A stretch of DNA of 22,596 nt from NCBI GenBank assembly GCA_037138355.1, contig JBAXIL010000029.1, forward strand, positions 1 to 22,596, read 5' to 3'. Positions 16,801 through 22,596 of this stretch are shown here, in pieces (position 1 is the first letter of the stretch; each line of letters starts with the position of its first letter). Position numbers and translations under genes: made by a program. The DNA comes from a bacterium (GTDB lineage Bacteria; Oederibacteriota; PGYV01; Palsa-1178). The notes under the pieces are model-generated. The model was not told the DNA's origin. It saw nothing but the letters and a program-made list of their open reading frames with translations, and searched no databases.

Positions 16801-17047
16801 CTTAGATGATTTAAAAGAGGTCATCCATCATGGCGCGGTAAAAAGAATTAGACCAAAAATGATGACTGTCCTTACTATGTTCTTTGGTTTACTTCCAATC
16901 ATGTGGGCAGCCTCGCATGAGATAGGTGCGGATGTCATGAAACGCATAGCGGCACCTATGGTAGGAGGCATATTTACTTCTTTTATAATGGAACTTTTGG
17001 TATATCCTGCGGTATATTTGTTGTGGAAATCCAGAGAACTAAAGTAA
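13808..17047 (+). CDS. cusA: CusA/SilA family Cu(I)/Ag(I) RND efflux transporter
   Basis: DAIPDMTDTQVI and GAMVDAAIVVVEN. Equivalents of the periplasmic Met triad appear in LYMPTTLPG, PFSMMETT and RTDMLTTG; also RIRPKMMT. Confidence 0.96.
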   Translation: MINRIIEWSAKNRLFVILTSVFLIGWSVWSIKNVPLDAIPDMTDTQVIIYSSWDRPPQIIEDQVTYPIVSALLGAPKVKDVRAFSDYGFSYVYVIFEDGTDVYWARSRVLEYLSKIQSQLPQDVKTEIGPDATGVGWVYQYALIDKTGKNSPEQLRAFQDWNLKYALQSVKGVAEVASIGGFQKQYQVIVSPNALKAQGIPLTNVVDAIRKSNEAAGARLLEFSGAEYMVNIGGYIKNKSDIEQTVLKTTMNGTPVRIADVAKVVLGPDIRRGVSDFNGIGEAPGGIVVMRYKENAFNVIQRVKKKLQEIQLPEGVEAVPVYDRSDIINKAVGTLKKKIFEEMAFVALIILIFLLHLPSAFVPIILMPVAVLISFIPMKMMGLTSNIMSLGGIAIAIGAMVDAAIVVVENTHKKLAHWKENGSKGDYRLVMLEAIKEVAGPSFFSLLVIAVSFIPIFTLEGAEGRLFKPLAYTKNFGMLFSAILAITLAPALIMIFIRVNKISIKPKWLSDIFNNIFVGEIHSEEKHPISKWLFKYYGPAVDFVLKKPKLIISLAIAIMIGTVPFFFTLGREFMPVLNEGSILYMPTTLPGISVTQASALLQVQDKIIKSFPEVISVYGKAGRASSATDPAPFSMMETTVLLKPMNEWRHKDRWYSKYIPKLLQSPFRFIWPDTITWDDLINEMDMALKIPGQVNAWTMPIKGRTDMLTTGVRTPVGIKIYGDDLSVIEKLGKEIESQITLVKGTRSVFSERTAGGYFVNFNINRKEIARYGLSMNEVQMNIMAAIGGENITQTIEGREKYQVNVRYPRDLRDNIEQLKKTYISTMNGKQIPLSYVADLKIASGPGMIRDENGKLTGYVYVDVKDRDIGSYVEEAKKIIKDKINLPTGYSIAFSGQYEFMQRVREKMGVVIPLTLFIIFILLYVNTRSYVKTLIILLAVPFSMVGAIWALHIFGYNISVGVWCGIIALLGVDAETGVFMLLYLDLAYKERKDKGLLNTLDDLKEVIHHGAVKRIRPKMMTVLTMFFGLLPIMWAASHEIGADVMKRIAAPMVGGIFTSFIMELLVYPAVYLLWKSRELK

Positions 17048-17092
17048 AATTTAGTAAGTTTAAGGAATAAAATTTTATAAAGGAGAAACAAA

Positions 17093-17455
17093 ATGAGATT
17101 TTTAAAGACATTTGCAGTAGTAATATCCGTACTTATTATGGCGTTTGTCGTATATGCTGGTGAAATGAACTGCATGCATAAGATGGATATGAAGTGTTCT
17201 TCAAAAATGAAGGATTCAGACATGAAGGAAATGAAAACGGAAGTACACAAAAAGATGAACATGTCAAATCAGGCTGTCAAAGAAAGTAAGATGGACGGAA
17301 ATAAAAACGACATAGTCGCATGTCCAGTTACTGGGGAAAAATTAAAAAAGAAGGATGCTTTTGCGATATATGAGTATAAAGGTAAAAAGTATTATATGTG
17401 CTGTGATATGTGCCCAAAACCTTTCACAACTAATCCAGAAAAGTATATAAAATAA
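17093..17455 (+). CDS. Secreted Met-rich YHS-domain metal-binding protein
   Basis: Signal peptide; 9 Met in 33 aa; CPVTGE...YKGKKYYMCCDMC...NPEKY. Confidence 0.85.
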   Translation: MRFLKTFAVVISVLIMAFVVYAGEMNCMHKMDMKCSSKMKDSDMKEMKTEVHKKMNMSNQAVKESKMDGNKNDIVACPVTGEKLKKKDAFAIYEYKGKKYYMCCDMCPKPFTTNPEKYIK

Positions 17456-17529
17456 AATACAAGAGTGAGATGAATTTGTGGAAGAAAATAATAAGATTGA
17501 TAAAACACTTTAGAAAGAAAACGGCAGGT

Positions 17530-17558
17530 TTGACCTCTTGTGATTAAGGTGATATAAT
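17530..17558 (+). promoter_or_regulatory. sigma70 promoter, probably producing a leaderless mRNA
   Basis: TTGACC (17530-17535), 17-bp spacer, TATAAT (17553-17558) with an extended TG. The ATG starts 8 nt after the -10 box, with no SD. Confidence 0.75.
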
Positions 17559-17565
17559 TCAACAT

Positions 17566-18834
17566 ATGACAAATAAAAATGATTCATTTCAATGGTTAGG
17601 GATTAGTCACAGCCTATTAGAAGTAATAAAAAAATTTAATTTCATAATTCCTACACCTATACAGGCAAAGGCCATACCAGTTGCAGTTGAAGGCACAGAT
17701 GTAATTGGAATTGCTCAAACTGGAACAGGAAAAACTTTAGCTTTTGGAATACCAATGGTTCAGAGGTTAATTGAAAATGGTGGATGTGGACTTATAGTTG
17801 TGCCTACGCGTGAACTTGCTTTACAAGTCAATGAAACCTTAAGTAAGCTTGCGCTTGTTGTTAAAATGAAAAGCGTTGTTTTAATTGGTGGAGTAGATAT
17901 GTTCCCACAGGTAGAGTCATTAAAAAACAATCCAAATATTATTATTGCTACACCAGGCAGGTTAATTGATCATATGGATAGAGGGGCAGTGTCGCTTGAT
18001 AAGGTGCGATTTTTAGTCCTTGATGAAGCAGACAGAATGCTTGATTTGGGTTTTTCAATTGAAATATCTGTGATACTTAAGGCCCTACCAAAAGACAGGC
18101 AGACTCTTCTTTTTTCGGCCACTATGCCGTCTGATATTGTTAAAATTGCTACAAATCATATGCGTATGCCTGTCACGATTGAGATTGCACCATCAGGAAC
18201 AGCAGCGGAACTTGTGTCGCAGGAAATGTTTGTGATTAAAGAGGATATGAAAAGTGTCGTGCTTGGAGATTTATTGATAAAATATCCAGGTACAGTATTG
18301 ATCTTTACCCGTACTAAAAAAAGCGCAGCGAGAGTTACAAAAAGTTTAAAAAAATCAGGATTTTCTGCAGCAGAAATACATTCAGATCGTTCTATGAACG
18401 AACGAAAAGAAGCACTTGCTGGTTTTAAATCAGGAAAATATAGAATACTCGTTGCAACCGATATCGCTGCAAGGGGAATAGATGTGACAGGTATAGAACT
18501 TGTAATAAATTATGATTTGCCAGATGAACCAGGAAACTATGTTCATCGTATTGGTCGAACAGGTCGTGCAGGTCTTACTGGTCATGCTATATCACTTGCT
18601 ACGCCAGAACAGGCAGCGGATGTAAAGAATATAGAGAAAATAATTAAAACTATTATTCCTATTTCAAAACATCATAAAGTAACAAATGAAGAATTTGCGG
18701 CGATACCTTTTGATTCTCCACTTGTTAATCCTTTTATGGTAAATCCGCATATAGTGGATACCTTTGTTCCCGATCATGCTGTAGGTAGAGAAAAAAGAAA
18801 GCAAAGAGAAGACAGAAAAGATAAATGGAAATAA
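17566..18834 (+). CDS. DEAD-box ATP-dependent RNA helicase (RhlE/CshA-like)
   Basis: Q motif PTPIQ, AQTGTGKT, PTRELA, TPGRL, DEAD, SAT, ARGID and HRIGRTGRAG. Confidence 0.96.
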   Translation: MTNKNDSFQWLGISHSLLEVIKKFNFIIPTPIQAKAIPVAVEGTDVIGIAQTGTGKTLAFGIPMVQRLIENGGCGLIVVPTRELALQVNETLSKLALVVKMKSVVLIGGVDMFPQVESLKNNPNIIIATPGRLIDHMDRGAVSLDKVRFLVLDEADRMLDLGFSIEISVILKALPKDRQTLLFSATMPSDIVKIATNHMRMPVTIEIAPSGTAAELVSQEMFVIKEDMKSVVLGDLLIKYPGTVLIFTRTKKSAARVTKSLKKSGFSAAEIHSDRSMNERKEALAGFKSGKYRILVATDIAARGIDVTGIELVINYDLPDEPGNYVHRIGRTGRAGLTGHAISLATPEQAADVKNIEKIIKTIIPISKHHKVTNEEFAAIPFDSPLVNPFMVNPHIVDTFVPDHAVGREKRKQREDRKDKWK

Positions 18835-18866
18835 AATAGGTTGGATGCTAAAAAGGAGGTAATACA

Positions 18867-19073
18867 ATGAAAACAGAAATAATAAAAAGTACAGGAATGC
18901 ACTGTAATGGTTGTGAAATGAATACTCAGGATTTCGTATCAGAATTACCAGGTGTTAAAAAAGTTAAAGCAAATCATAAAACTGGAGATGTAAAAGTTGT
19001 TTTTGATGAAAAACAAGTGACGGTTAAAGATATTAAAGATAAAATAAGAGAAGCTGGATATAAAGCGGAATAG
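18867..19073 (+). CDS. copZ: CopZ-like HMA copper chaperone
   Basis: 68 aa with GMHCNGC and a C-terminal EAGY; AGGAGGT RBS; directly upstream of a P1B-ATPase. Confidence 0.9.
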   Translation: MKTEIIKSTGMHCNGCEMNTQDFVSELPGVKKVKANHKTGDVKVVFDEKQVTVKDIKDKIREAGYKAE

Positions 19074-19094
19074 CCTTTTGAGAGGAATGATTTA

Positions 19095-21239
19095 ATGATA
19101 AAACAAAATTTTAAAGTTAAAGGAATGCATTGCGAGAGCTGCGTGCTTCTGATAGAGCGAACACTGAAGAAAAAAATTGGCGTTACTGATGCGGTTGTGA
19201 ATTTGACCACAGAGTTTGCAACTATTTCTTATGATCCTCAAATGATAAAAGATAAAGATTTGGTAATAGCGATTGAAAGCAAGGGTTATAAGGTTGTAAA
19301 AGAGGCAGATTATAATAGAGAAAAAGAAGTGCGAAAGATTGGGTATAAATTACTTATAAGTATTTTACTTACGCTTCCAGTATTTATTTTAAGTATGTTG
19401 GTTAAACCAAAAATTTTTATTGGGCAAGAAATCATTGTATTTGGATTTGCTACAATTGTTCAGTTTGTCATGGGGTGGGAGTTTTATAGAAATACTTTTG
19501 TTTCCTTGAAAAGTTTTGATACAGGTATGGATACACTTGTGGCTTTGGGTACAAGCGCCGCATATTTTTATTCTATTTATCTTATGATTAATGGGCATAG
19601 TGAACATGTATATTTTGAAACCTCTGCTGTACTTATAACCGTTATACTTCTTGGAAGATATCTCGAGGCAAGAGCAAAATTAAATGCTTCTGATGCTATT
19701 AAAAAACTTATGAACCTCACTCCTAAAAAAGCTATTGTAATAAGGGCAAATCAGGAAATTGAAATTATTACTAATGAAATTATTGAAGGAGATATTATTA
19801 TAATAAAGCCAGGTGGTAGCATCCCTGTGGATGGAACTATCACAGAAGGCACATCTTCAGTTGATGAAGCTATGATAACTGGAGAAGCAAATCCAGTGGA
19901 AAAAAATATTGGGGATTATGTAAAAAGTGGGACAATAAATAAAAATGGGACATTTAGATTTAAGGCGGAAAAAGTTGGTAGTGAGACGACTTTGGCAAAA
20001 ATTATTAAGCTCATAGAAGAAGCACAAGGTTCAAAAGCTCCAGTGCAAAGATTGGCAGACTCGGTGGCTTCAGTGTTTGTTCCAACAGTGATAGTTCTTT
20101 CAATAATAACATTTGTGGCATGGATAATTGCTGGCAAAGAATTTGCATTTGCACTTAGCTCTGCTGTGGCTGTACTTGTAATTGCTTGTCCATGTGCTCT
20201 TGGGCTTGCTACACCTGCTGCAATTATGGTGGGTTCTGGAATAGGGGCAAAGAATGGTATCTTGATAAAAAATGCAAGTGCTTTTGAAAACTTAAGCAAA
20301 ACAAAGGCAGTTGTTTTTGATAAAACTGGAACTTTGACAATAGGAAAGCCAGAGGTTTCCAATATTATCTCTGTAGATGGGAATGATGAGGAAGTACTTT
20401 TGGCAGCATATGCACTTGAAAAAAACTCTGAACATCCTCTTGCTGAAGCTATAATGCAAAAGACAACTACATATTTCAAATCCCAAATACTAAATATGGA
20501 TGTTAAGGATTTTATGGCAGTACCTGGAAAAGGGATATCAGGAAGCATAGAAGGAAAAAAATATTTACTTGGTAATACTGCTATGATGAATATCGCAGGA
20601 GTTAACACAATAAAATTTGAGAAGGAAATTGAAATTTTAGAAAGTGAAGGTAAAACAGTTATAAAACTTTCTAAAGACGGTTTACTTGCAGGAATTATTG
20701 CAACGCAAGATCCTATTAGAAAAGAAGCAGAAAATATTTTGATGCAATTAAAGAAAAATGGAATAAAGATTATAATGATAACCGGCGATAATAAGAGAAC
20801 AGCGCAGTTTATTGCAAATAAGCTAATGATACCAAATGTTATGGCAGGGCTTTTACCTGAACAAAAACTTAATGAGATAAAAGAACTGCAGAAAAATGGT
20901 ATTACAGTAATGGTAGGCGATGGCATAAATGATGCTCCAGCATTGGTACAAGCAGATATAGGTATTGCAATGTCTTCAGGTACAGATGTGGCTATGGAGG
21001 CAGGGGATATTGTATTAATGAAAAACGATCTTATGCTGGTTTTAAAGGCCTATAATCTAAGTAACAACACATTAAATAAAATAAAACAAAATTTGTTTTG
21101 GGCTTTTTTCTATAATATAATAGGAATACCGCTTGCAGCATTTGGATTACTAAACCCAATGATAGCAGGCGCTGCTATGGCATTAAGTTCGGTGAGCGTA
21201 GTGACGAATTCGCTATTATTGAGGCAAAAGAAAATATAA
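19095..21239 (+). CDS. copA: Cu(I)-translocating P1B-type ATPase
   Basis: HMA GMHCESC, TGE, CPC, DKTGTLT, SEHP and GDGINDAP, plus the YN and MALSS P1B-1 signatures. Confidence 0.95.
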   Translation: MIKQNFKVKGMHCESCVLLIERTLKKKIGVTDAVVNLTTEFATISYDPQMIKDKDLVIAIESKGYKVVKEADYNREKEVRKIGYKLLISILLTLPVFILSMLVKPKIFIGQEIIVFGFATIVQFVMGWEFYRNTFVSLKSFDTGMDTLVALGTSAAYFYSIYLMINGHSEHVYFETSAVLITVILLGRYLEARAKLNASDAIKKLMNLTPKKAIVIRANQEIEIITNEIIEGDIIIIKPGGSIPVDGTITEGTSSVDEAMITGEANPVEKNIGDYVKSGTINKNGTFRFKAEKVGSETTLAKIIKLIEEAQGSKAPVQRLADSVASVFVPTVIVLSIITFVAWIIAGKEFAFALSSAVAVLVIACPCALGLATPAAIMVGSGIGAKNGILIKNASAFENLSKTKAVVFDKTGTLTIGKPEVSNIISVDGNDEEVLLAAYALEKNSEHPLAEAIMQKTTTYFKSQILNMDVKDFMAVPGKGISGSIEGKKYLLGNTAMMNIAGVNTIKFEKEIEILESEGKTVIKLSKDGLLAGIIATQDPIRKEAENILMQLKKNGIKIIMITGDNKRTAQFIANKLMIPNVMAGLLPEQKLNEIKELQKNGITVMVGDGINDAPALVQADIGIAMSSGTDVAMEAGDIVLMKNDLMLVLKAYNLSNNTLNKIKQNLFWAFFYNIIGIPLAAFGLLNPMIAGAAMALSSVSVVTNSLLLRQKKI

Positions 21240-21261
21240 ATATGTAATGAAAGGATAAAAC

Positions 21262-21912
21262 ATGAAAAATGAAACACTAAAAGAAATAAAAGCAGTATAT
21301 AAAGATAAATATAATGATATACAAAGGGCTTTAAAAAGTTATCGTGCCAAATGGGATACAGGTAAGGAAGAAGAAGTTTTGGCTGAATTATTATTTTGTA
21401 TACTCACCCCACAGTCAAAAGCAAAAGGTTGTTGGTCTTGCATGGAAAGTATAATAGCAAAAGATTTACTTTTAACAGGTAATGAAAAACAGATACTTGC
21501 AGAACTGAAATATCCACGGTTTAAATATAAAAAGGCCAAGTATTTTATTGAAGCGCGTGATAAGTTTGTGAAAAACGGTAGGGCAAATATAAAGGCCTTT
21601 ATGAGAACATTTAAAAATGCTTATGATATGAGAGATTGGTTTCACGATAATATAAAAGGATATGGACTTAAAGAAACAGGGCATTTTATGCGAAATGTAG
21701 GTTTTGGCGAGGATATAGCCATACTTGATAGGCATATATTAAGAAATTTGGCAAAAATAGGAGTTATTAAAAGCGTTCCAAAGTCCATAACGCCAAAGCT
21801 TTACTATAAAATAGAGCAGGATATGAAAAAGTTTGCCAAGAAAGTAAAAATCCCTATGGCTGCTTTAGACCTAATCTTGTGGGCAAAGGAAACAGGTGAA
21901 GTATTTAAATAG
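21262..21912 (+). CDS. ogg: 8-oxoguanine DNA glycosylase/AP lyase (OGG2-type N-glycosylase/DNA lyase)
   Basis: ELLFCILTPQS, HhH KGYGLKETGHFMRNVG, AILDRHILR, LDLILW and a C-terminal Lys (GEVFK). Confidence 0.88.
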   Translation: MKNETLKEIKAVYKDKYNDIQRALKSYRAKWDTGKEEEVLAELLFCILTPQSKAKGCWSCMESIIAKDLLLTGNEKQILAELKYPRFKYKKAKYFIEARDKFVKNGRANIKAFMRTFKNAYDMRDWFHDNIKGYGLKETGHFMRNVGFGEDIAILDRHILRNLAKIGVIKSVPKSITPKLYYKIEQDMKKFAKKVKIPMAALDLILWAKETGEVFK

Positions 21913-21963
21913 AACAAGACAAGCAAGATGATTTAGTAGTAAGTTAAGTGGTAAATAGTGGCA

Positions 21964-21972
21964 TGATATAAT
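21964..21972 (+). promoter_or_regulatory. Extended -10 element upstream of malQ
   Basis: TGATATAAT; no clear -35 box. Confidence 0.35.
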
Positions 21973-22054
21973 TGAAATAAACTGAAAAGACTATCTGTTT
22001 TTAATTCCAAATTTCCTGTATAATAATTATACATAATACATTAAGGAGATAATT

Positions 22055-22596
22055 GTGACAGAAAATCCGTACGAATATTTTTTGACTTCTAAAACAGCTT
22101 CTAAATGGAAAAAATTTGGAGCCATAAGGCGTTCTGGAGTATTGGCACCACTGTTTTCATTGTTTTCAGCAGAGAGTATTGGAATAGGTGAAATTCCTGA
22201 TTTAAAACTATTAGCTGATTGGTGCGAAAAATGCGGCATGTCTATAATACAATTACTTCCTTTGAACGATACGGGGTTTGATTTTGCTCCTTATTCTTGT
22301 CAGTCCACCTTTGCTTTGGAACCTATGTACTTAAGGCTCAATGATATTAAAGGAGTTGAGATTATAAATTTCCAACAAGATTTAAATAGCATAAAAAGTA
22401 AATGTGCTGCAGGACAAAAAAAAGTTAATTATAAAATAAAAAAATTAAAGCTGAAACTTCTGTTAAAAATGTTTAAATCTATAAAAGCTAATGATGTTGA
22501 ATTTGAGACTTTTAAAAAAACTAATAAGTTTTGGCTTAATGATTATGCTGTATATAAAGTACTCAAGGATAAATATGAACAGAAAACATGGGAAGA
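22055..22596 (+). CDS. malQ: 4-alpha-glucanotransferase (GH77), N-terminal part; runs off the window
   Basis: Absent from the ORF track. AAGGAG RBS then GTG 22055; translates to RRSGVLAPLFSL...GIGEIPDL...DW...IIQLLPLNDTG...PYSCQSTFALEPMYL. Confidence 0.88.
   Translation, partial: MTENPYEYFLTSKTASKWKKFGAIRRSGVLAPLFSLFSAESIGIGEIPDLKLLADWCEKCGMSIIQLLPLNDTGFDFAPYSCQSTFALEPMYLRLNDIKGVEIINFQQDLNSIKSKCAAGQKKVNYKIKKLKLKLLLKMFKSIKANDVEFETFKKTNKFWLNDYAVYKVLKDKYEQKTWE

Noticed and set aside
17523..17550. GGCAGGTTT as a second copy of the ECF promoter motif
   Set aside because: No CGT at the right spacing; the region is better explained by the sigma70 promoter.
19916..20926. 336-aa antisense ORF, and other minus-strand ORFs such as 14509-15021, 16828-17262 and 10811-11191
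   Set aside because: They lie opposite well-supported genes, have no recognisable motifs and look like codon-bias shadows.
22027..22239. 70-aa minus-strand ORF
   Set aside because: It is the shadow of the + strand malQ starting at 22055.
1..22596. CRISPR arrays, IS elements, integrases, tRNA/rRNA genes
   Set aside because: No repeat-spacer pattern, transposase/recombinase ORF or RNA gene signature seen; intergenic gaps are short.

Overview
This is AT-rich bacterial DNA from a probably diderm anaerobe (inferred from the TolC/RND system and the Fe-S flavoproteins). Almost all genes are on the + strand, and I saw no mobile elements, CRISPR arrays or RNA genes. The window has five blocks. (1) Two paralogous 3-Cys Rrf2 regulators flank an antisense FMN split-barrel gene. 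(2) A self-contained redox/sulfur operon runs from a promoter to a terminator: ArsR, TusA, a divergent MvhD-like protein (probable CTG start), short HdrA, long HdrA, a small winged-helix protein, a QmoC-like membrane Fe-S/heme protein and DsrE2. It has no HdrB, AprAB or hydrogenase genes. (3) A THUMP-less PP-loop tRNA thiolase-like gene and yciH/SUI1 follow. (4) An ECF sigma and a zf-HC2 anti-sigma with an 8-Cys tail precede a Cu/Ag efflux cluster: small membrane protein, TolC, HMBD lipoprotein, CusB, CusA and a Met-rich YHS protein. (5) A probably leaderless DEAD-box helicase is followed by copZ, copA, ogg and a partial malQ. The best candidates for undescribed systems are the orphan Qmo/Hdr-like complex coupled to persulfide carriers and the Cys-tailed anti-sigma/ECF copper-sensing module. 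All calls rest on motif reading only; no database searches were run.
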